The translations under genes were made by a program, and so were the position numbers. Positions 37,950 to 47,906 of a stretch of 64,000 nt of DNA are shown here, piece by piece; position 1 is the first letter of the stretch, and every line of letters starts with the position of its first letter. The stretch is from NCBI GenBank assembly GCA_965199825.1, contig OZ241329.1:1472001-1536000 (forward strand). The letters are read 5' to 3'. The notes under the pieces are model-generated. The model ran no database searches. It worked only from the letters and a program-made list of their open reading frames with translations, and was not told where the DNA came from. The DNA is from Bdellovibrionales bacterium (GTDB lineage: Bacteria; Bdellovibrionota; Bdellovibrionia; Bdellovibrionales; UBA1609).

Positions 37950-40388
37950 ATGAAATTTGGAAAGTTACAAAGCTTGCTTTTCGCGACATGTTGCGCGCCG
38001 GTCGTCAGCTTCGCGAGTGAGGCTGATTTAAGGCTTCCCGATCTCAATGTGAGCTTTAGCGGTCTTGGCGGCATTAGTGGTCATCAAATTCTTTGGAGCG
38101 GCATCTTGGTTGCTGTTTTGGGAATTCTTTTTGGACTTTATGAATTTGCCAAAATTAAAGCGCTACCCGTTCATCGTTCGATGTTGGAAATTTCAGAACT
38201 CATTTACGAAACCTGCAAAGCGTATATGATTCAACAAGGCAAACTTTTGTTGCTGCTCGAAGTTTTGATTGGTTTTTGTATCGTTGGCTATTTTGGACTG
38301 CTGATGAATTTTGAAACAAGCCGCGTGCTTCTCATATTGATGTGGTCATTTTTAGGTATAATCGGATCGTTCAGTGTGGCTTGGTTTGGAATTCGAATCA
38401 ACACTTACGCCAATAGCCGCACCACGTTTGCGTCTCTCGCAGGCAAACCCTATCCGGTCATGAGCATTCCGCTCCGCTCAGGAATGTCGATCGGTGTTGT
38501 ACTTATTTGTGTCGAATTGATTTTGATGATCGGCATTTTACTTTTTGTATCACCCGAAGCTGCGGGCTCTTGCTTTTTAGGATTTGCGATTGGCGAATCT
38601 TTAGGTGCTTCCGTTTTGCGAATTGCGGGTGGGATTTTCACAAAGGTTGCAGACATCGGATCTGATCTGATGAAAATCGTTTTTAAAATCAAAGAAGATG
38701 ATGCTCGAAACCCAGGCGTGATCGCCGATTGTGCAGGCGACAATGCGGGTGATTCGGTGGGCCCAACCGCCGATGGTTTCGAAACTTATGGTGTGACCGC
38801 AGTCGCTTTGATCAGCTTTATTTGTTTAGCTGTGGGGATGCAATTAAATCCCGATGGATCACGAACTCCTCTTGCAGGTGGAACCGACATCCAAGCCCGA
38901 TTTATCATTTGGGTTTTTGCAATGGCCACAATGATGATTGTGACATCGATCGCCTCTTATCTGATTAACAATTCCTATATGAAAAACAAATTTGGCAAAA
39001 GCGCCCGATTTGATTTTGAAATTCCGCTGACGTCATTGATGTGGTTGACCTCGATGGTGTCGATCTCGGTCACTTATATTTTAAGTTCGGTAATGCTCGG
39101 CGATCTGGCCGATGGTTTATGGTGGAAGCTCTCAACGATTGTCAGCTGCGGAACTTTAGCCGCGGCAGTCATCCCTGAAATCACAAAGATTTTTACTTCA
39201 TCAAAATCGATTCATGTGCACGAAGTGGTACAAGCCTCACGCGAAGGTGGAGCCTCGCTCAATATTCTTTCAGGGCTTGTCGCGGGTAATTTTTCGGCTT
39301 TTTGGAAGGGTATGGCGATTATTGGGTTAATGTTTGTAGCCTACAAAACAAGTTTACTTGGTCTTAACGCATTTATGATTCATCCAGCTGTTTTTGCCTT
39401 TGGCCTTGTGGCTTTTGGAATGTTGAGCATGGGTCCAGTGACCATCGCGGTGGATTCTTACGGACCTGTATCAGACAATGCTCAATCGGTATTTGAACTT
39501 TCACAAATCGAAACCTTGCCTGGCATTTCGCAAGAGATCCAAAAAGACTTTGGATTTAGTCCCAACTTTGAGCTCGGCAAAGAATTTTTAGAATCGAACG
39601 ATTCGGCTGGAAACACATTCAAAGCCACAGCAAAACCGGTGTTGATTGGTACAGCCGTGATCGGTGCAACCACAATGATTTTTTCGATCATTTTACTTTT
39701 AAATCTTAAGCTCGATCTGCTTGATCCAAAAGTTTTGTTCGGACTCATTGCGGGCGGCTCGGTGGTCTATTGGTTTACCGGAGCCTCCACCCAAGCGGTG
39801 GTTACCGGTGCCTATCGTGCGGTTGAATTTATCAAAGAAAATATTAAACTCACCGGGCAAAAAGCATCGGTGGAAGATTCCAAAAAAGTTGTTGAGATCT
39901 GTACCCAGTTTGCCCAAGCCGGAATGATTAATATTTTCCTCGTTGTGTTTTTAGGAACACTCGCTTTTGCATTTTTTGATGCTACATTTTTTGCGAGCTA
40001 TTTAATTGCGATCGCGATCTTTGGATTATTTCAAGCCATGTTTATGGCGAACGCCGGTGGAGCCTGGGACAACGCCAAAAAATTGGTCGAAGTAGACCTT
40101 AAAGAAAAAGGCACCGAACTTCATGCGGCTTGTGTGGTTGGTGACACGGTCGGTGATCCCTTCAAAGATACCGCATCGGTGGCGCTCAATCCCATTATCA
40201 AATTCACCACTCTGTTTGGTCTGCTCGCAGTGGAAATTGCGGTGAAGTTAACGGGTGAGCACACCTCGCAGCCTCCAATGGATGGTGGCGGAAATATTAC
40301 GCTCTATCTTGGCCTTGCCTGTTTTGCAGGAATGTTATTTTTTGTTTGGCGCTCGTTTTACGGAATGCGCATCAAAAAATCGAAGTAA
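37950..40388 (+). CDS. hppA: Membrane-integral pyrophosphatase, K+-independent H+-PPase signature
   Basis: GGIFTK.AD.G.DL, EDD.RNP.VIAD..GDN.GD, D.YGP..DNA, GNTFKA, GGAWDNAKK and GDTVGDPFKD motifs. Confidence 0.95.
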   Translation: MKFGKLQSLLFATCCAPVVSFASEADLRLPDLNVSFSGLGGISGHQILWSGILVAVLGILFGLYEFAKIKALPVHRSMLEISELIYETCKAYMIQQGKLLLLLEVLIGFCIVGYFGLLMNFETSRVLLILMWSFLGIIGSFSVAWFGIRINTYANSRTTFASLAGKPYPVMSIPLRSGMSIGVVLICVELILMIGILLFVSPEAAGSCFLGFAIGESLGASVLRIAGGIFTKVADIGSDLMKIVFKIKEDDARNPGVIADCAGDNAGDSVGPTADGFETYGVTAVALISFICLAVGMQLNPDGSRTPLAGGTDIQARFIIWVFAMATMMIVTSIASYLINNSYMKNKFGKSARFDFEIPLTSLMWLTSMVSISVTYILSSVMLGDLADGLWWKLSTIVSCGTLAAAVIPEITKIFTSSKSIHVHEVVQASREGGASLNILSGLVAGNFSAFWKGMAIIGLMFVAYKTSLLGLNAFMIHPAVFAFGLVAFGMLSMGPVTIAVDSYGPVSDNAQSVFELSQIETLPGISQEIQKDFGFSPNFELGKEFLESNDSAGNTFKATAKPVLIGTAVIGATTMIFSIILLLNLKLDLLDPKVLFGLIAGGSVVYWFTGASTQAVVTGAYRAVEFIKENIKLTGQKASVEDSKKVVEICTQFAQAGMINIFLVVFLGTLAFAFFDATFFASYLIAIAIFGLFQAMFMANAGGAWDNAKKLVEVDLKEKGTELHAACVVGDTVGDPFKDTASVALNPIIKFTTLFGLLAVEIAVKLTGEHTSQPPMDGGGNITLYLGLACFAGMLFFVWRSFYGMRIKKSK

Positions 40389-40395
40389 AGAATTT

Positions 40396-40427
40396 CGGGC
40401 ACGACGGTTTGATCGTGCCCGTTTTTT
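40396..40427 (+). terminator. Rho-independent terminator of hppA
   Basis: CGGGCACGA-CGGTTTGA-TCGTGCCCG followed by T6. Confidence 0.85.
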
Positions 40428-42951
40428 AGATTGCTGACCGGAGTGCCTCGACACATGGCTCTTCGCTCATTGATTCAAGTGCCTCTTCAAGCGCTTTAGT
40501 AAGGGAGTAGGCAAGCAACAAATACTGCGGCTCTTTTAATTTTTGAAATTTTGGCTCAGGATCTGAGTTTTGCTCAATTTTTTCTATGAGATAAATTTGA
40601 TATTCTAAAATCTTTTTAAGGCTAGACTTATCGAGTATTGAAACTCCTCGCTGCAAATCACCCGCTACCTTTAGAAGTCGAACAAGTGGATGACTCGAGT
40701 CGGGCTTCAAATCAAAAAAGCTTTTTAATATTGGATTCTGCTGTACCGATTCTATCGCTTTGCTTTGAAGCGGCTCTGCAACTTGTCGAGGGGTTGAGTC
40801 CAAGGTCAATATTAATTTCCCATATAGAAAAAGTCCCACAACAGCGTGGGCATCCCAAGCTGATATGAATGAGCCCTGCACTCTAAAGCCCGATACAATT
40901 TTAAATTCTAATCCAGACATGGCTGCGACTGAGTTTTGCAAAATAAATAAAAGAAGTTGAGCAGCGGCTGTACATTGATATTGAGCAACACCTTTACTGT
41001 CTAAAAATGTTTTTAGTGATTGCAGGGGATTTGATTTAAAAAATTGAGTCTCCAGTTGAGCATCAAAACTGTATCGAGCTGTTTCTCGGACAATTTTCTC
41101 GATTTCAAAAATAGATTCTGGCTGTCTGACCTTCAACCGGTCAGATAATTTCTTAAATCCTGCGTCTTGAAGTTGAGTTATTACAAATTTTAGCCATTCA
41201 AGATCAACGGTTGGGCTAAAAAATTCCTTTACGGTCTTGGTGGGAACAAAATCAATCGAGAGAGAAGTTTGCGGCACCAATGGCTTTTTGACTGATACGT
41301 TGCCTGTCTCTGAAACTAAAATCTGATAATCCTCGCCATCTGCTGCATGAGCTTTAAAATCTAGAGGCGTAGGAATATGAAGCGAGTCGTTTTGATTGAG
41401 GTAGAATGGCAACACATGAAGCCGAGCATGGTGCGATGGTTTTAAGACTTCAAGATTGTTTTCAATTTTATCTAACGGCGGTTGACCCTCCGGCATAAAT
41501 GCTAAAAAGCGAATGGGCTGATCGCCTTGCTCAATTTGAAATAAAATTTGTTTTTTTAAATCCTGTTGCTCTGAGCGAGAAAAATTTTTGATTAAGGTCT
41601 GTCCTTGCGGATTGCCAGCCTCAACGCTCCTTTGCTGCCGCGGCTTGAACTTCGCTGGCCTCTGAATCGTTTTTCGTGAGCTTAAAATCGATGCCGCATA
41701 GGGAAGTGTTCGAGATTGAATTCTAGGTCCTTCCAATCGAGCAAAAAACTTTAGAGCTTGCTGCTGCAGCGGTAAAGTCCAATCAGGTAATTGCAGTTGA
41801 TCCATTTTAGGAGAGTAAAATGAAAGTGCATAAAATTTAAAATTATTAATAAGCAGCTGATCAACGAGTAATTCAGCGCTTTCATTAAAAAAATTTTTAT
41901 CGAGAAGCCTTGATAACTGCACATTCAAGATTTGCTGATTCATTGCTATTGAATGGTTCAAATCAAAAATCACTCGTCTCATCTGAGTGAGGACATTATA
42001 GAAAACGTCGGTTGGACTGATAAGCATTTCGAGAGAAATGATCTCTGTCGTATGAATTGAAATATCATTTCCGTTCTTGCTAAGAATGGCGCCAAGTTGC
42101 TCAATTAATTGATTGTTGGTATAAAACTTTTGCGAATCTGAGATCACCCAGTATCGATGTCCATTGGTAAAAATAGGAACATTGGATTTTACATCAATAA
42201 GAGTTTTCATTTTCATAAAGGTTTGCCGATCAAATTTTTCAGAGGGTCCAACAATGTGAAGTTGAGAGCCTTGGTAGACAACTTCTCGAAATGAAAAGGG
42301 AGTGGTCACAATTGGACTTAGAGCTAACTGAGCAACAAAATCATAGAGAGATTCGAACTCGAAATTAAATTGTTCGAAGTTTAATTTTTTCGGTGGAGCA
42401 TTTTCATAATGATTGAGACGAAAGAGTTCGTCGTAAAATTGCTTCGCATACCAACCGAAGTCGCGTTCAAATTCTGGATAAATAGAACGGTATTTTATCC
42501 TTAAGTTACTCTCGTGAAAAATGGCAGCAATCGAATCATTTTTTGACAAAGGCTTTTTCATCCAGAATTGAGTCAGTTTATCAATAGCCGCCTTTGCAGT
42601 TTGGAGATCTTCACTTTTAGCAAAAGTTTGTCTGATTACTGCACCTAAAATGCTTTGCATTTTTTGATCTAAAGCTTCTTGATGGTCGTCGGCTAAAATC
42701 CATGCCTTAAAATCATTTTCAAGATCCAGTCGCTTTTCGACATAGTATTTAAAGCGCTCATGTGTAAGGCCTGGCAATAGTGTGCCGACACTGTTTTTCC
42801 AGTATTCATAATCTTTCAGATAATCTGACTTGATAGCCACTTTCTGGCCAGAGTACCGGGGCTGAGGACCGAAGAGATCATCGAAATTAAAGTGCTGTGC
42901 GACGCTAAATTGCAGGAAAAATAAAAATAGAAACACGCGCTTTGCTACCAA
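40426..42951 (-). CDS. Large secreted protein with C-terminal transglutaminase-like domain
   Basis: Signal peptide; QC..AA.L, VSGF, HAVV and LDSTP (Cys-His-Asp triad pattern); C-terminal PCVEAL. Confidence 0.7.
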   Translation of the reverse strand: MVAKRVFLFLFFLQFSVAQHFNFDDLFGPQPRYSGQKVAIKSDYLKDYEYWKNSVGTLLPGLTHERFKYYVEKRLDLENDFKAWILADDHQEALDQKMQSILGAVIRQTFAKSEDLQTAKAAIDKLTQFWMKKPLSKNDSIAAIFHESNLRIKYRSIYPEFERDFGWYAKQFYDELFRLNHYENAPPKKLNFEQFNFEFESLYDFVAQLALSPIVTTPFSFREVVYQGSQLHIVGPSEKFDRQTFMKMKTLIDVKSNVPIFTNGHRYWVISDSQKFYTNNQLIEQLGAILSKNGNDISIHTTEIISLEMLISPTDVFYNVLTQMRRVIFDLNHSIAMNQQILNVQLSRLLDKNFFNESAELLVDQLLINNFKFYALSFYSPKMDQLQLPDWTLPLQQQALKFFARLEGPRIQSRTLPYAASILSSRKTIQRPAKFKPRQQRSVEAGNPQGQTLIKNFSRSEQQDLKKQILFQIEQGDQPIRFLAFMPEGQPPLDKIENNLEVLKPSHHARLHVLPFYLNQNDSLHIPTPLDFKAHAADGEDYQILVSETGNVSVKKPLVPQTSLSIDFVPTKTVKEFFSPTVDLEWLKFVITQLQDAGFKKLSDRLKVRQPESIFEIEKIVRETARYSFDAQLETQFFKSNPLQSLKTFLDSKGVAQYQCTAAAQLLLFILQNSVAAMSGLEFKIVSGFRVQGSFISAWDAHAVVGLFLYGKLILTLDSTPRQVAEPLQSKAIESVQQNPILKSFFDLKPDSSHPLVRLLKVAGDLQRGVSILDKSSLKKILEYQIYLIEKIEQNSDPEPKFQKLKEPQYLLLAYSLTKALEEALESMSEEPCVEALRSAI

Positions 42952-42975
42952 ACAAAGTTTAGCCTAGCAACAAAT

Positions 42976-44052
42976 CTAAACGGTCATCCGCCAATTCCCG
43001 GGATCAGCCGCACGGCCACGTTGAATGTCTTCGAGCTTTGCTCTGAGCTTCAATGATTTTTCGAAAGGACCTGGAATTTTCAAACTCTCAGTAACCGAAT
43101 CTTCGCGGTCTTGAATCAACAACTCGCCAATCGGTTGAATCACTGCGGCAGTGCCACAGGCAAAGGCTTCAAGGATATCGCCACTGTGAACACCGTCGAT
43201 CACTTCTTTTAAAGTCAGCCGCTTTTCGACAGGCTTTAAGCCCATTGACGGTGCAAGTTCCATCAATGTCCGCCGAGTCACTCCGTTAAGAATGGCGCCG
43301 TTCATTTCTGGCGTGATCAATTTATTTTTTTTGATCACAAAAAAGTTCATGCCGCCGAGTTCATCAATCGCTTCATGGTGGAGTGCATCGAGATACAAAA
43401 CCTGATCGCAGCCTAATTTTTTTGCGATCATTTGGGGATACAGGCTCACCGCATAATTTGCTGCGGTCTTTGCTTCACCCACACCGCCAGGGCATGCGCG
43501 AACGAAGGTACGGTTGACCAAAACTTTTGCTGAGCGAACCGAGTCACTGCCAAAGTAACCTCCAACAATTGAACCCAAAACATAAAACAAATATTTATTC
43601 GAGCGGCCCACCATAATCTGATTGTCGGCCGCAATCATCATCGGTCTTAAATAAAGAGAATGATCTTTTTCATGCGGGATCGAGGCGCGTTCAAACCGCA
43701 CATATTCAGCCACACATTTTAAAAATTGCTCTTCGGTAAAAGACGCCATCGCCATTCGAGCAGCCGATTTGACAAATCGTTTTGCATGCATGTCGGGCCT
43801 AAAAATTGAGACCTCGCCATTTTCCTGTTGGTAGGCTTTAAGCCCCTCAAAAATACTTTGGCCATAATGAAGGGTGAGATTTCCAGGCGACATCAGTTCG
43901 CGATCAAAATGAGCGATGTGGGCATCCAAGACTTCGGGGTTTGCAGGATCAATTTCCATTCGCAAATAATGTGGAGCGAACAGCGTTCCGAATTTTGGAT
44001 GCGGTGGATATTTGGCTTTTGGCATCTGTGTACCGTAGTGAAACTTGATCAT
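42976..44052 (-). CDS. ilvE: Branched-chain amino acid aminotransferase
   Basis: LHYGQ.IFEGLKAY, LYLRP, G.AK..ANY, ELGGMNFF, IL.GVTR and FACGTAAVI motifs. Confidence 0.95.
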   Translation of the reverse strand: MIKFHYGTQMPKAKYPPHPKFGTLFAPHYLRMEIDPANPEVLDAHIAHFDRELMSPGNLTLHYGQSIFEGLKAYQQENGEVSIFRPDMHAKRFVKSAARMAMASFTEEQFLKCVAEYVRFERASIPHEKDHSLYLRPMMIAADNQIMVGRSNKYLFYVLGSIVGGYFGSDSVRSAKVLVNRTFVRACPGGVGEAKTAANYAVSLYPQMIAKKLGCDQVLYLDALHHEAIDELGGMNFFVIKKNKLITPEMNGAILNGVTRRTLMELAPSMGLKPVEKRLTLKEVIDGVHSGDILEAFACGTAAVIQPIGELLIQDREDSVTESLKIPGPFEKSLKLRAKLEDIQRGRAADPGNWRMTV

Positions 44053-44126
44053 TGTTAAAACCTATTGCACTTTATGCGACCACGCAATGGATTGACACTC
44101 CTCATCGTTCATGTGAAACGGCTCGC

Positions 44127-44753
44127 ATGTCGAAAGCAATTTGTCTCGGAAAAAACTATTTAGATCACGCGGCCGAAATGAAGGAAGGTGTTCCTGAAGT
44201 TCCGGTTTTGTTTATTAAACCCCTCGACTGCTGCATTTTTTCTCACGGCGAAATGATCACGGCCTGGTTGCCGCTGAATCGCGGATCGCTTCATCACGAA
44301 TGTGAGATTGTGTTGCGCATCTCAAAGGATTGCTTTCAGATTTCTGAAAGCGAAGCCGACGATGTGTTTGATGAGGTCGCCTTAGGTCTGGATATGACGC
44401 TTCGAGATCTCCAGGCAGAGCAAAAAAAGAAGGGAGCACCATGGGAAATTGCCAAGGCTTTTCCTCATTCCGGCTTGATTGGACCTTTCCAACAGAAATC
44501 CTATCTTCAAAAAGATTTTCGCCTCGAAGTTGATGGAGGAATTCGTCAGACCTCACACGCAAAAGCGATGAGATTCAATCCGGCAAAATCTCTGAGTCAC
44601 GCAAGCCAACATTTTTTGCTCAAAAAAGGAGATCTGATTTTTACCGGAACTCCAGCAGGCGTTCAGGCGGTGAATGACGGTTCTGTGGCTCAACTTTTTT
44701 GGGGTGATGAGCCGCAGTTCAAAGTAACGTGGGATTCAAAACGGGCGCTTTGA
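44127..44753 (+). CDS. Fumarylacetoacetate hydrolase family protein
   Basis: ICLGKNY.DH..E, HHECE, LDMTLRDLQ, PW..AK.F and GD.IFTGTP.GV motifs. Confidence 0.93.
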   Translation: MSKAICLGKNYLDHAAEMKEGVPEVPVLFIKPLDCCIFSHGEMITAWLPLNRGSLHHECEIVLRISKDCFQISESEADDVFDEVALGLDMTLRDLQAEQKKKGAPWEIAKAFPHSGLIGPFQQKSYLQKDFRLEVDGGIRQTSHAKAMRFNPAKSLSHASQHFLLKKGDLIFTGTPAGVQAVNDGSVAQLFWGDEPQFKVTWDSKRAL

Positions 44754-45383
44754 AATCGTTTTTTTGGCCAAATAAGGTTTAAACCATTCGTATTTATCTA
44801 AATTTTTTAAAGGCTTCTTTTTGGTAAAATGCAGGTAAATGCTTTCGACCTCTTTGAAAGACAGTTTAGCAAAACTCTCGATACTCGTCGCGGGCAAAAA
44901 ATTGGCAAACCGTTCGGTTTCAGAAAAATAAATTTTTGATAAAATTTTGGCTTTGAGCTCAAACTGTTTTTGGGTGAGCTTTAAAGTGAGGTCGGGATAA
45001 CAGTTGTAAGCGACACTCGACACATCTTTAAATGTTTTGTGGACCGCCATTGAGACATCCTGATGATGAGGATGCCCATATTCACCAACGATGCCATGGG
45101 TAAAAACCGATTGCGGGCGATAGCCTTTTAATCTTTCAACAAGTTTTGGGATCGACAATCGCTTGTGGTAGATGTCCAAAAAATCCCATTGCTCAAAGGA
45201 GCTGACCTTTTGGAGATTCAAAGCTTTTTCAAATTGCTTTGTTCGTTTGTGGCCTTGACCGTCGGCATTGCCGTCAGTGACGCAGATCACATGCCACGGT
45301 TTAAGGGTTTGAAGAAGGCCCGAAAAAAAAATGGTTTCATCGTCGGGATGAGCAATCACGAGTAAGTTGAAATTTGAATTCAT
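44736..45383 (-). CDS. PIG-L/LmbE family N-deacetylase
   Basis: AHPDDE, TDG and GEYGHPHH motifs. Confidence 0.9.
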   Translation of the reverse strand: MNSNFNLLVIAHPDDETIFFSGLLQTLKPWHVICVTDGNADGQGHKRTKQFEKALNLQKVSSFEQWDFLDIYHKRLSIPKLVERLKGYRPQSVFTHGIVGEYGHPHHQDVSMAVHKTFKDVSSVAYNCYPDLTLKLTQKQFELKAKILSKIYFSETERFANFLPATSIESFAKLSFKEVESIYLHFTKKKPLKNLDKYEWFKPYLAKKTISKRPF

Positions 45384-45401
45384 TCAACTCTAGTATAAGG
45401 G
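45384..45401. promoter_or_regulatory. Overlapping divergent -10 elements
   Basis: TAGTAT on + (45391-45396) and TATACT on - (45397-45392), 5 and 8 nt from their respective ATGs. Confidence 0.5.
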
Positions 45402-46007
45402 ATGAATTTAATTATCTGCAAATCGGCTGATGAAATGACCCTTAAAGCAGAGCATTGGCTTAAGACAAAGGTCTCGCAGTCGCTGTTTTGTCCAGCTGGA
45501 GAGACTCCAAAAAAACTATATCAGCGAATCAATGGCCAAGATTTTTTCAAAAAATTAAAACTTTATCAAATTGATGAAATTATTTCGGGCAGTAAACAAG
45601 GTGAGTTTAAAAAATTTTTTGAAAATCATTTGCCTGATCACCTCGACCAATTTGTTTGGATAGATCAGCCACTCGGTCAGGCTCGATTTGCACTCTTAGG
45701 TTTTGGAAAAAACGGGCATCTGGCCTTTCATGAACCACACTTGCCGCCAAGCTTTATGGGCGGCGAAGTGGAGCTCTCACAGAGCACTTGCGAAACCTTG
45801 CAGATAAAAGATAAGACTCGCGCCTTAACTTATGGAATTGGAGCTTTTTTGAAAACCGAAGCCTGCCTCCTGCTCATCACTGGAAGTGGGAAACAAAATG
45901 CTTTTCAAGATTTCTTAGCAAATAAATCAACCATTCCTGCTGTCGCCCTAAAAAAACATAACGACCTTACCGTATTGGTTTCTCAAGAGATATCCGATGC
46001 CTGTTAA
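45402..46007 (+). CDS. Glucosamine-6-phosphate deaminase-like protein (NagB/6PGL family), short form
   Basis: AGETP..LY, IDE, LG.G.NGH.AFHEP, ALT.GI and TIPA.AL..H motifs. Confidence 0.85.
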   Translation: MNLIICKSADEMTLKAEHWLKTKVSQSLFCPAGETPKKLYQRINGQDFFKKLKLYQIDEIISGSKQGEFKKFFENHLPDHLDQFVWIDQPLGQARFALLGFGKNGHLAFHEPHLPPSFMGGEVELSQSTCETLQIKDKTRALTYGIGAFLKTEACLLLITGSGKQNAFQDFLANKSTIPAVALKKHNDLTVLVSQEISDAC

Positions 46008-46434
46008 AATCGTTTCGCCTCATGAGGTTTTGCCATTAAGAGCCAAGGTGCTTCGCCCTAATCTCAAGCCTGAGGATTGTGTTTATGATCACGATCTTTC
46101 GCCAACCACATTTCACCTCGGCTATCTTGAAGACGATAAAGTGTGTTCGATATTGACCGCCATCAGAGAGGGATCACCTCTATTTTTGGCCCAACATCAA
46201 TATCGACTACGGGGTATTGCCACAGATTCCAATTCGTTGCGGCGCGGTTATGGCTCCCAGCTGATGAAAACAGCCGAAGCAATGATCGCCGAGCAAAAAG
46301 GCGAATTAATTTGGTTTAATGCCCGTGTTGAGGCCTTCCCATTTTATCAAAAAATGGGCTACGGATTTTTAGGAGAGCTTTTCTACATTGAAGGAATTTG
46401 GCCCCATCGAGTCATGTTTAAAACGATGCTTTAA
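45997..46434 (+). CDS. GNAT family N-acetyltransferase
   Basis: LR..VLRP, RLRG.AT....RRGYG and W.NAR..A..FY.K.G motifs. Confidence 0.92.
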   Translation: MPVKIVSPHEVLPLRAKVLRPNLKPEDCVYDHDLSPTTFHLGYLEDDKVCSILTAIREGSPLFLAQHQYRLRGIATDSNSLRRGYGSQLMKTAEAMIAEQKGELIWFNARVEAFPFYQKMGYGFLGELFYIEGIWPHRVMFKTML

Positions 46435-47049
46435 GCGGGTTCGGTGCCGAATAAAAAAGAGCAATCCCACTCCAACTAAACCCCAAATAAAATATGTTTG
46501 GTAATGCAAAAATTCGTGTAAAACATCTTGTCCATAAAGACCGATCAGAATAATTTGGGTTGGAATCGAAATCAGTGCCGCAGCACCATCGATCAAAATA
46601 AATTTATTAAATGGAACATTCATCATTCCGCAAGCAAGGTGCCCCGGAAATCTTAATCCAGGTGTAAATCGGAAAACCCCCGAAGCCCAATATCCATAGC
46701 GACGCATCCAAGCTTCGGCTCGTCTTAAAATTTTTGGTGGACAATGCTTTGCCACAAATGGACGCGCAAGAAATTTGCGACCATAACGGCGACCGAGATA
46801 ATAAATCAATCCATCCGCCAAGATCACCACTAAAAATCCGATGGCGGCTGCCATCCACACATTGACTCCGCGAGCACCCTCAAAGGGTGGTGGAAAATTG
46901 CGCGCGATATTTGCGGCCACTCCCACACCGACGATGGTGACTTCTTCAGGAATCGGCAAACCGAAACACGACAGAAACATCATGGTGCACATTGCGAGAT
47001 AAACAAGATAGGGCTGATAGGCGTAATTGGTAAAAAGATCCATTATCAT
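46369..47049 (-). CDS. DedA family membrane protein
   Basis: GLPIPEE, D..IY.LGR.YG and RF.PGLR motifs. Confidence 0.92.
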   Translation of the reverse strand: MIMDLFTNYAYQPYLVYLAMCTMMFLSCFGLPIPEEVTIVGVGVAANIARNFPPPFEGARGVNVWMAAAIGFLVVILADGLIYYLGRRYGRKFLARPFVAKHCPPKILRRAEAWMRRYGYWASGVFRFTPGLRFPGHLACGMMNVPFNKFILIDGAAALISIPTQIILIGLYGQDVLHEFLHYQTYFIWGLVGVGLLFFIRHRTRLKHRFKHDSMGPNSFNVEKLS

Positions 47050-47118
47050 GTGATCTTATTTTAGGTTTAATCTGTTTTTTTGCCCACTTAAAAAAGATGT
47101 TTAACGCCCGTCGATCGT

Positions 47119-47826
47119 CTAGGCTTTGAACTGCTCCATAAACTGTTTTTCTTTTTGGAGTTTGATTTGATTTTGGCTTACTCGTTTTTCCCATCCTTTT
47201 GCCATCGATCTAAAAGGTCGAGCTTCAAGTTGGGGTCGAGCTTGGTTAGAAAGCAAGAATTGATAGGTGTCTTCGGCCGTCATTGTTGAAGTCAGCCAAA
47301 GTCGCGCCGATTTTGAATCTAAAAATAAAGGCTCGCGATGATGTCCAATACGCAAAATAAATTCACCCGGCGTGTGAAGGATTAATGAAAATCCAAGATA
47401 AACTTCACCTGTTTGGTTGAGATGTCCTTCTTCAAAAATAGCGGCACAATACATCGGATCTTTTTTTACTGAGGTGAACTGCATCATTTGTCCGGCATGT
47501 TCGCCCAAATAAACCGGCTCGATAAAGGAATCAATCGGCACAAGGCATCGCGCTTTTTTTAACGGACCAGTCCAAGTCCTTTTGGCAAATATCGGAATAA
47601 TCTTTTTTTGTTTATCATCCCAGGAGGCCAATCGAGCATTAAAAGTGGGATACGGGGTGCCCGGTGGTTTCAGCGAAAACCCCATATCCTCGGCGCCGGT
47701 TGGGGTGATCGCCGGGCAAGATTGATAAATTCGCACGTGTTGGGAGTCAAAAAATTGCGAAGACGCAATTTCAAGCTCGTTTAAGATCTGGGCATCAACC
47801 GTTCTGGAAATAAACTCGGCACACAT
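47119..47826 (-). CDS. SRAP/YedK-family abasic-site protection protein
   Basis: N-terminal MC, FNAR, RCLVP..SFIE and H.R.P motifs. Confidence 0.85.
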   Translation of the reverse strand: MCAEFISRTVDAQILNELEIASSQFFDSQHVRIYQSCPAITPTGAEDMGFSLKPPGTPYPTFNARLASWDDKQKKIIPIFAKRTWTGPLKKARCLVPIDSFIEPVYLGEHAGQMMQFTSVKKDPMYCAAIFEEGHLNQTGEVYLGFSLILHTPGEFILRIGHHREPLFLDSKSARLWLTSTMTAEDTYQFLLSNQARPQLEARPFRSMAKGWEKRVSQNQIKLQKEKQFMEQFKA

Positions 47827-47906
47827 AAAAAACCTTTAGCGGAGTGATCCGCTTTTTGCAATGAAGCCAGTAAGACCTTTAAATGCATCAAAACCTGGAA
47901 GTTGTT

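Noticed and set aside
33524..47826. Shared SOS/LexA box upstream of dinB and the SRAP gene
   Set aside because: No common palindrome could be identified by eye in their upstream regions
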